From an uncultured Candidatus Saccharibacteria bacterium (GTDB taxonomy: Bacteria; Patescibacteriota; Minisyncoccia; Phycocordibacterales; UBA9973), in assembly GCA_964496425.1 (NCBI GenBank), contig CAZBZO010000003.1, positions 55,728 through 119,727 of the forward strand: a stretch of 64,000 nucleotides of DNA, read 5' to 3'. The notes beneath the pieces are model-generated. The model searched no databases. It was not told the origin of the DNA and saw only the letters and a program-made list of their open reading frames with translations. The translations under genes were made by a program, and so were the position numbers. Shown piece by piece: positions 27,607 to 37,005 of this stretch; position 1 is the stretch's first letter; every line of letters starts with the position of its first letter.

Positions 27607-28737
27607 TTATTGAGCACTCGCTGATACGGCACCGTTTAAAATCGGCGCACAAACACTGTTGAGTGATGCCCGAGTCAGCGGCCCAACAATGCCGATCGGA
27701 TCAATACCGTGAGCAGATTGATATTCGCGAAGTGCTTTGTCAGTTATGCTGTAAAAGCCACCCGTAATCGGCGTGCTCGCACCATAACTTGTCGTCACTG
27801 CACGCAAACACAGTTGGAGGCGTGTTACTTCAGGATGCGTTGAACCAAACAAAAGTGTGGTAGTGAAAAACCCACCCGGAAAAACTGAAGAAGGGAGTGC
27901 GGTAAAAGAAAGTGTTTGGCCCACAAACGGAACGAGTCCTGGTGGAGTGAGGCCTGTTGGTCCTGATGAAAAACGATAGTAATACGTTGTCCCTGGAACT
28001 AAATTGGATAGCGCGGCCGTATATCGTGTACTACCATCAGGATTTGCGACGAGTGCCATGATCGGCTGAGCAAAGGCATAATTACCCAATGCTAAAGACG
28101 TGCCATAGTCGAAGTGAAATTCTTGTGGATTTGGTATTTGAGAATTTATTTGTGGAAAAAAAGCACCATTGATAAAGGCGGAAGTGGTGGTGAGATTGGT
28201 TGCAGGCAGTGTTTGAATGCCGATTACACTATTTCCAAATGTAGTAAATGTAAATGTATTGCCGTAAAAATAGGCAGTTTCAGTACTGTTTTGCAAACGC
28301 CAACTTACAACAAAACGATAATAGTAGGTTGTGCTCGATTGTAAATTGGTAAGTTGAGCATTATACATAGAGCGACCATCAGTGACCGGAACGAGTGTCG
28401 GTACTGGTTGTGCAGTGACTTCATTCCCAAAAGAATTGGTGGGGCCGTATTCGAAATAAAAACTACTCCACAAAACTGGGTTCTGGGGAGTTGAATCTGC
28501 AAGCATTCGATAATAATCCCCTGACACATATGCGCCCGTAGACGTTACCCCGCCGGCAGTGCCAGTAACAGCAGGATACGGATAAGAATTGGCGAAGACG
28601 GTTGAACTTATGAGTAGAAAACTGAAGCTCAAAAGGGATATAACAGTGGTTTTTTTCATCTGGTTTATAGGTGTTATTAGCTTATAGTAGGTAAGACGCA
28701 TGAACGAACCTCTATCTGACGCAATGAAATATACCAT
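27607..28737 (-). CDS. Secreted protein with two FN3-like repeats and a C-terminal peptidoglycan-binding domain
   Basis: Signal peptide, two ...TTYYYRF... repeat modules, and a C-terminal LREYQSAHGIDPIGIVGPLTRASL matching PG_binding_1. Confidence 0.5.
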   Translation of the reverse strand: MVYFIASDRGSFMRLTYYKLITPINQMKKTTVISLLSFSFLLISSTVFANSYPYPAVTGTAGGVTSTGAYVSGDYYRMLADSTPQNPVLWSSFYFEYGPTNSFGNEVTAQPVPTLVPVTDGRSMYNAQLTNLQSSTTYYYRFVVSWRLQNSTETAYFYGNTFTFTTFGNSVIGIQTLPATNLTTTSAFINGAFFPQINSQIPNPQEFHFDYGTSLALGNYAFAQPIMALVANPDGSTRYTAALSNLVPGTTYYYRFSSGPTGLTPPGLVPFVGQTLSFTALPSSVFPGGFFTTTLLFGSTHPEVTRLQLCLRAVTTSYGASTPITGGFYSITDKALREYQSAHGIDPIGIVGPLTRASLNSVCAPILNGAVSASAQ

Positions 28738-28751
28738 GATAAAATGAGATC

Positions 28752-29861
28752 ATGAAAAAAATGCACTTCGGTACGACACTCATCCTCTTCGTAGGGATTA
28801 TGGAGATCGCTTCGTGGATCATACTCGAAGTCGCGCGTGCAGTTGGCTTTCTTCCCCCTTCATCAGTTTCTATTCTCCCTACGATTCTTTTTATATGTAT
28901 GCCGCTGGTATTTATTTTCACGATGGCAATCGGTATGAAACATTACAGCACGTTTCTAGTAATTGCTTACACAAAAAGCGTTATGTGGCTCGGCGCTTTT
29001 TTATTTTTCTTTTGTGGCGCCATACTACTCTGGCTTTTATATCTCATAGAAATATTTGTAGGAATTGAGATGCCGCTTATAGTACTCGCCTGGATCATCA
29101 CCCTCAGCACAATCATTTGCCTTTCCTATGGCATATGGAATGCCTCACGTCCGCGCATCACCAAGCGAACAATATCTTCTATGGCACTTTCAAAAGATTG
29201 GAAAGACAAAACAATGGTGCTGGTATCAGATATACACCTCGGACTTATTCGACAAGGAAAATTCTTGACTAAAGTGGTGAATCTAATTAATGCCCAAAAT
29301 CCTGATATTGTTTTTATCGCCGGCGACATTATCGATGGACCGAAATTCCCCTATGAGAACGAGCTAGCACCATTAAAAAACCTCCGCGCTCCGCTTGGAG
29401 TGTTTTACACACCAGGCAATCATGAAGCCTACAACCAAGAGCCAAATCAATGGAAACCGCTTGTTAAAGCGGCAACAAAAATGCTTGTTGATGAAAAAAT
29501 GCTCGTGAATGGTACGCAAATCATAGGACTTGATTATGCTTCAGAGACTCCGTCGGAATCCACAGCAAAGCTTTTACATACCGGTTTTGATAAAACTATT
29601 CCTTCGATTGTCATACTTCACGATCCTAGGCATGCAAAAGCGCTTCAAGAAGCTGGGGTTTCCCTCGTGCTCTCCGGCCATACGCACCGCGGACAGTTTT
29701 TTCCTATGACAATAATCGTAAAACTTATCTATAAAAAGTACACCTATGGACAAACAGTATACAAAGGAAATACGAGCATCACAACTTCAGGTGTCGGCAC
29801 AGCGATGACGCCAATTCGCTTAGGGACAAATCCTGAAATCGTAGTAATCAAGATTGTGTAG
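28752..29861 (+). CDS. Membrane-anchored calcineurin-like metallophosphoesterase
   Basis: About 4 N-terminal TM helices followed by the phosphoesterase motifs VSDIHLG, AGDIIDG, GNHE and SGHTHRGQ. Confidence 0.75.
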   Translation: MKKMHFGTTLILFVGIMEIASWIILEVARAVGFLPPSSVSILPTILFICMPLVFIFTMAIGMKHYSTFLVIAYTKSVMWLGAFLFFFCGAILLWLLYLIEIFVGIEMPLIVLAWIITLSTIICLSYGIWNASRPRITKRTISSMALSKDWKDKTMVLVSDIHLGLIRQGKFLTKVVNLINAQNPDIVFIAGDIIDGPKFPYENELAPLKNLRAPLGVFYTPGNHEAYNQEPNQWKPLVKAATKMLVDEKMLVNGTQIIGLDYASETPSESTAKLLHTGFDKTIPSIVILHDPRHAKALQEAGVSLVLSGHTHRGQFFPMTIIVKLIYKKYTYGQTVYKGNTSITTSGVGTAMTPIRLGTNPEIVVIKIV

Positions 29862-30744
29862 CACTCCACCTTGCAAAAATACCCGCAGGCAGGAGACGAT
29901 CTGAGCTTTCTTCAGCAATAGTAAGTTCGCCGATTTCAGTTTTTCCCTTCCATTCTTTCATCAGATCTTTCAGATTATTTTCATAGGCAATCGGTGAATA
30001 CCCAGAGGCATATCCATTGATGAGAAAGAAAAGTGGCTCATCAGAAAGCACCTGCTTACAGAGTTGAAGCAGCTCACCAAAATGCTCTTCGATCTTCCAG
30101 AGTTCCCCTTTTGGCCCATGGCCGAAAGATGGCGGATCCATAATGATGCCGTCATAACGCACGCCTCGTTTTACCTCACGGCGTAAAAATCCACGAGCGT
30201 CATCGAGGATCCAACGAATTGGGCAGTCGGCAAGCCCCGACAATGCTGCATTTTTTCGCGCCCACGTGATCGCCATAGAACTACCATCAAGATGCACTAC
30301 TTCTGCACCAGCTTGAGCGCATGCGAGCGTCGCACCGCCAGTGTAGCCAAATAAATTTAAAACTTTTGGCTTTTCATTACTCCTTGATGATTTGTAATGT
30401 GTAATTATTTCCTTCATCCAGTCCCAGTTGGGTAACTGCTCCGGGAAGAGCCCGGTATGCTTAAATGACGTTGGCCGAATCTCAAATAGCAGTCCGCCGA
30501 AATCAATTGTCCATTCTTTTGGTAAGGTTTTTTTCTTTTTCCATTCAGTGGTTTTGCCACTTCGCACAAAAATGGCGTCGGCGTTTCCCCATTCTTTTTT
30601 CTCTAGTCGCTTGGGCCAGAGGGCTTGCGGATCAGGCCGCGCAAGCACAAACTCTCCATAGCGCTCGAGCTTTTCGCCATCACCGGAATCAAGGAGGCTG
30701 TAGTTTTTTTCACCGTGGGTTTTCGTGACTTCCATACTCATCAC
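29848..30744 (-). CDS. Class I SAM-dependent RNA methyltransferase (RlmI/RlmK-like)
   Basis: LNLFGYTGGATLACAQAGAEVVHLDGS is SAM-binding motif I, and IIMDPPSFGHGPKGELW is the DPP catalytic motif typical of m5C/m2G rRNA methyltransferases. Confidence 0.65.
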   Translation of the reverse strand: MMSMEVTKTHGEKNYSLLDSGDGEKLERYGEFVLARPDPQALWPKRLEKKEWGNADAIFVRSGKTTEWKKKKTLPKEWTIDFGGLLFEIRPTSFKHTGLFPEQLPNWDWMKEIITHYKSSRSNEKPKVLNLFGYTGGATLACAQAGAEVVHLDGSSMAITWARKNAALSGLADCPIRWILDDARGFLRREVKRGVRYDGIIMDPPSFGHGPKGELWKIEEHFGELLQLCKQVLSDEPLFFLINGYASGYSPIAYENNLKDLMKEWKGKTEIGELTIAEESSDRLLPAGIFARWSATQS

Positions 30745-30780
30745 TCTAGCAAGTTATGCTCTGTTTTAAAAGCGGAGGTA

Positions 30781-30822
30781 GATAAAAAGAAAAATCCTCA
30801 TATGAGGATTTTTCTTTTTATC
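30781..30822. terminator. Perfect 42-nt palindrome acting as a bidirectional intrinsic terminator
   Basis: GATAAAAAGAAAAATCCTCAT|ATGAGGATTTTTCTTTTTATC is a perfect palindrome with A-run and T-run flanks in either orientation. Confidence 0.65.
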
Positions 30823-30830
30823 TACAGTAA

Positions 30831-32135
30831 TTATTGGATCTTTGAGAGACCGCTATATTCTTGTGGACAACTCTCGACAATCAATTCTTCATACGCCATC
30901 GGGATTACGACTGCATCGATCGCATCATCTTCATTTAGACTGTGGTCGGATCCAGGAAAACATTGGAAGTAGCTCGGAACACCGAGCACACTCAGCGCTG
31001 CCGTGAACACTTCTCCTGTTGCACACGTCCATCCATGCGTCAGATCAAGACCACCTAAAAATAAAACTGTTGGCGGATCTTTTGCATCAGCCAAGGTATT
31101 CGTAGATACCATCGGTGCACCAGAGTTACTTTTTGCCATACAGCTCCATGAGGGCACGATATCCCCATTGGAATACGTTGCATTGGTTCTGTTTATGAGC
31201 GGATCAGAAGTTGGGAACCAGTTTGTACTATCAAGATTATCGCCTGTGGTCGCTGCTTCCAGAGCAGTAGTGCCTCCAGCCGACACACCGGCAAGCATAA
31301 TTTTGTTTGGATCAATACGATATTCGCTGGCATGGAGGCGAGCGAAACGTATGAGAGCATGCATATCTGACGTAGCACGTTTTTGTTCAGTTGATGAAAA
31401 CCCGGGAATACTATTGTCATTTCGGTAAATTCCCGACATACACACATACCCGAGTCTTGCTGCTTGTCCGCACGGAGCAGCTCCTCCTTCAGCTGTCCCG
31501 CCGCCGCCTGGGAAAAATATTTCAAGCGGACGATTGGTTGCTGTATCAGAGAGTGGTGGAGTATAAAGATCAAATGTGAGATTAGTGGAAGCAATAGTAG
31601 AATACGTGATTCCCGAAGTAACTACAATTTCTGATTCATCAAAAATTTCATTGCAATAGCGGACAGCGCCTGACGCTCCGGGGTTGGTACATGTAAGGGG
31701 TATATATGATGAATTAACAGTAAATATCTCACTCGTACCGACAGTCAAAGTGGCCGATGCAACAGTAACATAGTAACTCCCCGGAGGTGTTGAAGTAGGA
31801 TCTATGGTTACTGTGAGGGATTTATTATTGACTGTTGCGGTAGTCCCTAACACAGTAGCAAAACCAGAACCTGCCTTAATAAGACTTACCGTATATGGCC
31901 CAGGAGCATCACACGCAGACCATTTCACAGCAAAAGAAGTCCCAGCTGTAATAACAGTTGCAGCAACTGGTTTTTTGATTGTCACCGACGGAGGAAGGCC
32001 CACACACTGCGCTGGACCAGCCATAAAACCAATACCTCGACTTTGGCTCGCAATAATAAATATACTAACAATGATTATCACTAGTAATAACAGGAGCAAT
32101 AACGGATTATTTGACGGGTCTTTAAAAAATCTCAT
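30831..32135 (-). CDS. Membrane-anchored secreted alpha/beta-hydrolase (esterase/lipase) with an N-terminal Ig-like domain
   Basis: N-terminal TM and an Ig-like segment (VAATVITAGTSFAVKW...). The C-terminus has FFPGGGG (oxyanion region) and the GVSAGG nucleophile elbow (GxSxG). Confidence 0.55.
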   Translation of the reverse strand: MRFFKDPSNNPLLLLLLLVIIIVSIFIIASQSRGIGFMAGPAQCVGLPPSVTIKKPVAATVITAGTSFAVKWSACDAPGPYTVSLIKAGSGFATVLGTTATVNNKSLTVTIDPTSTPPGSYYVTVASATLTVGTSEIFTVNSSYIPLTCTNPGASGAVRYCNEIFDESEIVVTSGITYSTIASTNLTFDLYTPPLSDTATNRPLEIFFPGGGGTAEGGAAPCGQAARLGYVCMSGIYRNDNSIPGFSSTEQKRATSDMHALIRFARLHASEYRIDPNKIMLAGVSAGGTTALEAATTGDNLDSTNWFPTSDPLINRTNATYSNGDIVPSWSCMAKSNSGAPMVSTNTLADAKDPPTVLFLGGLDLTHGWTCATGEVFTAALSVLGVPSYFQCFPGSDHSLNEDDAIDAVVIPMAYEELIVESCPQEYSGLSKIQ

Positions 32136-32245
32136 ATTAAATTACGATATTAGCTTAATTATTAATTTCACTCTACGAGTATATATACGTACAAGGCGTC
32201 TATTTGTAACTTTGATTCGACACCATCTCACCAGCAAAATTGACT

Positions 32246-32282
32246 CAAAACAAAAATCTCCGGATAGGAGATTTTTGTTTTG
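32246..32282. terminator. Intrinsic terminator (A/T-rich long-stem hairpin)
   Basis: CAAAACAAAAATCTCCGGATAGGAGATTTTTGTTTTG lies between the two esterase paralogues. Confidence 0.6.
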
Positions 32283-32301
32283 AGTATCTCTAGATCATTT
32301 C

Positions 32302-33333
32302 CTATTGTGAACACCCTTTGACTATCATTTCTTCATAGGCCGCCGGAATTACGACTGCGTCAATTTCCTCAGCGTGACCTAAACTGTGATTGGTATCTTC
32401 AAAACATTGGAAATAGCTTTGGATTCCAAATCCTACAAGAAGGTCATTGAAGACTTGGCCGGTCGTACACGTCCATCCATGAGTTACGTCGTCTTCACCC
32501 AAAAACAGTGAGGTACGAGGATCACCGGCATCAATCAAAATATTTGTTGATTCCATGGGCGCCCCAGAATTACTTGTCGCATAGCAACTCGCTGATGATA
32601 CAACACCAAATTGATTGTCTCTATTGACAGCCAAGTCACTCGCAGAAAACCAATTGACGTTATCGAGATTGTTCCCGGAAATAGCAGCTTCGAGGGAAAC
32701 AGTGCCGCCAGCTGATATACCACTTAACATTATTTTATTTGGATCAATTCCAAAATCACTCGCATGAATCCTAATATAGCGAAGAAGTGCAAGTGCGTCG
32801 CTCGCTGCATGTTTTTGTTCTGCGGAGCTAAATCCTTGTGGAGGGTTGTCGTTTCTATAGTCTCCCGAGAAGCAGACGTATCCAAGGCTTGCATATTGTT
32901 TACAAGGACCAACACTCGTCTCATCAGATCCGCCTCCGTGAAAATTTATAACAGCGGTCCGATTTTTCACTGTATCAGAGGCTGGTGGAGCATAGACATC
33001 CATCTTAAGACCGTAGGTTGAAGAAAAAACTATTCCTGAAGTAATGACTACATCGAGTGGATTAAAGATTTCATTACAATAACGGAGTGTGCCCGCTACG
33101 CCAGCATTGCTTGCATTACAGTCTACTCCCGGCTCAGTTCCAGGAACTACAACATTTATTCCTGTTTGCACGTTATTATTAACAGGAGCAATAACTGTAT
33201 CTCTTTTGTTGAAGACACGACCAAGGAGACCCCCATTTGTTCCTCCGGCGATAAACACACCAGAAATTACAATAAGTGCCAAAAGAAAAAAAACTTTTAC
33301 AGAATCATATGATTGGTCTTTAAAAAATGGCAT
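32302..33333 (-). CDS. Secreted alpha/beta-hydrolase (esterase), paralogue of 30831-32135
   Basis: Same C-terminal architecture: NFHGGGS, GISAGG and an identical tail pattern (IDAVVIP.AYEE.IV). It lacks the Ig-like insert. Confidence 0.55.
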   Translation of the reverse strand: MPFFKDQSYDSVKVFFLLALIVISGVFIAGGTNGGLLGRVFNKRDTVIAPVNNNVQTGINVVVPGTEPGVDCNASNAGVAGTLRYCNEIFNPLDVVITSGIVFSSTYGLKMDVYAPPASDTVKNRTAVINFHGGGSDETSVGPCKQYASLGYVCFSGDYRNDNPPQGFSSAEQKHAASDALALLRYIRIHASDFGIDPNKIMLSGISAGGTVSLEAAISGNNLDNVNWFSASDLAVNRDNQFGVVSSASCYATSNSGAPMESTNILIDAGDPRTSLFLGEDDVTHGWTCTTGQVFNDLLVGFGIQSYFQCFEDTNHSLGHAEEIDAVVIPAAYEEMIVKGCSQ

Positions 33334-33437
33334 ATATACTCTTTGTTATGGTTTCTAATATAGAAAGTATAAATCTATCTCATGAACATGTCAACAACGC
33401 TGCGTAAACTGACAGCATATGTACCAAGCTAAAGTTC

Positions 33438-35213
33438 CTACGCACCGATTGTTATTTCGGTAATCGAATACGGACGAATCATTACCTCTTCGAGGGTGAT
33501 ATATGACGTCACGCCTTCCACAACAATAGGAGTAAATAGATCTCCATGACCTTTTTCGCCATACGTAGAGGTAAGACTTGTCCCATGCATATCTTTTGAA
33601 GTAATAACTCCAGTTCCAATAAGTGGTACGCCACCAATTGAAAATGATGTAAGCGGAATATTACTTCCTCCTCGATTGATAATATACATACGCAGACCAC
33701 CAGTCGGGTTTGCAAATGCATATGCTCGTACAATACTCCCAAAACCTGCAGTCGTACTTTGTACCGGCGAAGCGACTAAACGATAAGTGCCATCAAAAAG
33801 ATCGCGGAGAAGCGCATAGGCTTGCCACGGTTCGCGTTTTACAAATGCTCCCTTGCCGCTCCCTTCCATGACGACGTGTCCGCTATCGCTTGAGTTTGGG
33901 ATCGTATCACCGATCATATTGCGAATACTACCGCCGCCGCCAAAATTCATAAAGCTAGCATTTTTTACTATTGCGCCGTGCTTTGCATCATACTCAGCAA
34001 GTGTGAGTAAGAAATCCGCCACATGAATAGCATGAAGCATAGAATTGTTGAATGTCACATCGGTTGAACCACCTCCTGGTGTATCAGAAAAATTACGCGT
34101 AGAAATATTGTACTGTCCGATCCAGATTGATTTGCCAGGAAACAAACTCCGCATACTATCGAGCGATGCCGGCAAGGTCACATGACGAAAGGTATCTGAA
34201 TAAATATCCATACAGGCGTATGCAGCTTTTGTAAGTCCTGAACAATCCACGTCTTCAGGTCTAATCCACGCATACATGATTACGCCATCGTACCAGCTTG
34301 AATCAGCACCCAAGCCTTCATTCCAATCTTTACCTCTCCCAGCTTTCGTGGGGAGCGCTGGATGAACAGTAATAGTAATACTTGGGTATGCAGCGCGGAT
34401 CGCAAGCGCAACTGGCTTGGCGCGGGTAATATAGTCGGCAACAGTCGGATACACGGCCCGCATATCTTCACTTCCGAGATGATTCTCTGCTCCGAGCTGT
34501 ACTGAAACTATTTTTACGCCTTTGGCTTGAGCATCGGATAAAATAGCCAAATTTTCACCTATGGCTTCTTGCGCAGAACCTTGGGTCATAATATTGAGCG
34601 AAATCATACCAACACTTCCGGTATTTTGAAGCAACTTGATATATTTATCATAAAATCGATACGACAGTGTTGTTGTCCAGGATGCTTCCGGATCTTTTTG
34701 AGGACTGGCATTAAACGCATTGACCTCGCTTTGAAGTACTCCTAAGCCATTTCCTTCTAAAAGATGTGTATAGTTTGCTGTAATACCCGGGACAAACCGC
34801 AAGAGATTGATGCCTCCATCAGTCACCATTTTATAAAATGCCGATGTATCGGTTTCCATATTTTCAAATGTGCTATCGATACCTGAACCCGGAAGCGTGG
34901 CGGGTATCGCTTCCCCTACGACAGGCCATACACTCTGCAAAGCAGATGATTGTGGCGAAAAAATTTTGGTCAGTGATGTGGAGATTACGGGATCATGTGC
35001 ACTATTTGAACCTGTAAAAAAATCCTCGACGGCGTTTTTTGCTTTTTCCCCGATTGACGTAAGTCCCGTGCTCGGCAAAGTAGCATCGGAAACACTTTCC
35101 TCTACAACCGGGGGGAATGAATTTTTGGATATCCCACCGGAACGAGTGGCTCCATACCCAATGAGGGCGAGGACGAGACAAACACATAGTATAAAAATCT
35201 CAGTACGATCCAT
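33438..35213 (-). CDS. Secreted protein, possibly a TIM-barrel glycoside hydrolase
   Basis: 591 aa with an N-terminal TM or signal. The central region (KIVSVQLGAENHLG..., IWIGQYNIS) loosely resembles a clan GH-A (beta/alpha)8 hydrolase. Confidence 0.3.
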   Translation of the reverse strand: MDRTEIFILCVCLVLALIGYGATRSGGISKNSFPPVVEESVSDATLPSTGLTSIGEKAKNAVEDFFTGSNSAHDPVISTSLTKIFSPQSSALQSVWPVVGEAIPATLPGSGIDSTFENMETDTSAFYKMVTDGGINLLRFVPGITANYTHLLEGNGLGVLQSEVNAFNASPQKDPEASWTTTLSYRFYDKYIKLLQNTGSVGMISLNIMTQGSAQEAIGENLAILSDAQAKGVKIVSVQLGAENHLGSEDMRAVYPTVADYITRAKPVALAIRAAYPSITITVHPALPTKAGRGKDWNEGLGADSSWYDGVIMYAWIRPEDVDCSGLTKAAYACMDIYSDTFRHVTLPASLDSMRSLFPGKSIWIGQYNISTRNFSDTPGGGSTDVTFNNSMLHAIHVADFLLTLAEYDAKHGAIVKNASFMNFGGGGSIRNMIGDTIPNSSDSGHVVMEGSGKGAFVKREPWQAYALLRDLFDGTYRLVASPVQSTTAGFGSIVRAYAFANPTGGLRMYIINRGGSNIPLTSFSIGGVPLIGTGVITSKDMHGTSLTSTYGEKGHGDLFTPIVVEGVTSYITLEEVMIRPYSITEITIGA

Positions 35214-35262
35214 GACTAGAGTATACTACGCGCACGCTTTGCTAGAGTGACAATAGAAGTTG

Positions 35263-35568
35263 TTATTTCGCTCTTCGACGTTTTTCTCTTCGGACAAAAA
35301 ACGTAGTTATGACCACCGCAAGTGCAGTAACAACTATGGAATAGAGGAGTTTTTGGCTCAACTCTTCTGTGGGACCAAATATAAAATGAAAAACTTCACG
35401 CAAAGTTTCATCCCAGGCGAGCGCAGTGATAAGTCCGAGTGATGCCACAAGGAGAGTAAACACGTGGTTGGAAAACTTATTGCCAAGCTCGACCACGGTC
35501 GTACCTTCGATTTGTTTTAATAATTCATCTCCGCGGATATGCCGCGAATGTTCATTGATTTCTTGCAT
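35263..35568 (-). CDS. Small membrane protein, hypothetical
   Basis: The start is taken at MQEINEHSRH, downstream of the terminator hairpin at 35589-35611. Two TM helices. Confidence 0.4.
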   Translation of the reverse strand: MQEINEHSRHIRGDELLKQIEGTTVVELGNKFSNHVFTLLVASLGLITALAWDETLREVFHFIFGPTEELSQKLLYSIVVTALAVVITTFFVRREKRRRAK

Positions 35569-35580
35569 AGAAAAAGTATA

Positions 35581-35611
35581 ACAAAAAGTCCGGCAGGATA
35601 CACCTGCCGGA
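35581..35611 (-). terminator. Intrinsic terminator (GC-rich hairpin plus U-run) after the propeller-protein gene
   Basis: On the minus strand, CCGGCAGGTGTATCCTGCCGG is followed by ACTTTTT. Confidence 0.6.
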
Positions 35612-35635
35612 CGCATTAGATTTTAGTGTGCAAAA

Positions 35636-36949
35636 CTATCGAATAATTGCAAATATACTCTGGTAATCATCCGCAACAATAGCATACAATCCGCTCGAAA
35701 GTGATTCGGTATTTATTTGTAAGCGTGAACCAATTCGCGATAATGGTACATACCTCTGTACTCCTAATAAAGAATAGACTTTCGGGATTTCATCTCCAGG
35801 AATATCGCCTACAATGAAGTCTCGCGCGGGATTTGGATAAAACTGAACGGAAAATATTTCCGGAATATTATTTGCTGCATCAAGTCGCAACAAATTTTTC
35901 CCGCCAAAATATAAATCCCCGGCAAATACTGTCGCACACCCGACTCCTTCGAATTCACTCTCCTCTGAAGTAACGGATGCCCAGAGGAAGCCGTCGTATG
36001 AAGAAACATAATGGGTATGCAACACACCATTCACATCGGCAAAATCACCAGCAGTATAGAGTCGATCGTCATATCCAATCATTACTTTTGGTAAACTTTC
36101 TGAGAATGTGCCTATGGTTTGCCAATTCGTTTCAGTAATTCGCTTTTTGATAACAAAAATATTTTCAAATTCTCCAGCCAAATAGAGAGACGCGTTCCAG
36201 ATATAGGCCGAGGAAATAAAACTATTTGGAGGCACTTCAAAATTGATCCAATAATTCCCAGATATCGACCAAACAGAAAAATTCTGTGTAGATAAACCTT
36301 CCGAATCATAGACAACATACACCAAATCACCTTCAATGATAATTTGTGTGACATTACCAATAGGACGAAGTGAATCGCCAAGCATTGTATTTACTCCACC
36401 GTTTGCATCAACAATGGCGATATACGGTGAGCGAATACCATTCACAGTATCAAATGCCCCACCATACATCATTGATGAACCGATCGCTGCCATAGTGTAT
36501 ACAAGACCGTTGGTGCTGTCCTTGTAATTTAGGAAAGATTTTGTCTGTGGGTCCACTTTTTTAATATGTGGTTTCGCACCAACAGACACCAGGTGCTCAC
36601 CTGTAGAAGTCCCTGCCTGCTCAAAACAAATACCAGCCGGGAACCCGACTATCGCAGTATTGGGAATACCGGCAGAATTATATTCCGCATAATTTATACA
36701 ACTCGTTTTTTGGCTACCAGAAAAATATCCGGCAGCAGAGAGAAGTGTGTCATTGAGATTGAAAAGCGATCCAATAATCCCATTATATGAGTCTTTCTGG
36801 TCAATTTGTGCCGAAACAGCACCTGCTGCTAATGTAGCCAGCGAAAGGAGAAGTAACTTTTTCATAGTTTTAATTTTTAAAGTGAATGAATTACTTAAAC
36901 TATATGAAAAAATGTACCCACCTTGCAAGTACATGGTAAAAATAGGCAT
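35636..36949 (-). CDS. Secreted beta-propeller-like protein with a T9SS-type C-terminal sorting domain-like tail
   Basis: Signal peptide MKKLLLLSLATLAAGAVSAQ. The C-terminal approximately 70 aa (FYPNPARDFIVGDI...VYSLLGVQ...SLSSGLYAIVADDYQSIFAIIR) matches the pattern of Por-secretion CTDs (PNPA.D...LSSGLY.....D). Confidence 0.45.
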   Translation of the reverse strand: MPIFTMYLQGGYIFSYSLSNSFTLKIKTMKKLLLLSLATLAAGAVSAQIDQKDSYNGIIGSLFNLNDTLLSAAGYFSGSQKTSCINYAEYNSAGIPNTAIVGFPAGICFEQAGTSTGEHLVSVGAKPHIKKVDPQTKSFLNYKDSTNGLVYTMAAIGSSMMYGGAFDTVNGIRSPYIAIVDANGGVNTMLGDSLRPIGNVTQIIIEGDLVYVVYDSEGLSTQNFSVWSISGNYWINFEVPPNSFISSAYIWNASLYLAGEFENIFVIKKRITETNWQTIGTFSESLPKVMIGYDDRLYTAGDFADVNGVLHTHYVSSYDGFLWASVTSEESEFEGVGCATVFAGDLYFGGKNLLRLDAANNIPEIFSVQFYPNPARDFIVGDIPGDEIPKVYSLLGVQRYVPLSRIGSRLQINTESLSSGLYAIVADDYQSIFAIIR

Positions 36950-37005
36950 ACAGAAAAATTCGAAGCTTTGCAGGCTTCGACTTTTTCTGTAGGTAATGTT
37001 AAAAC

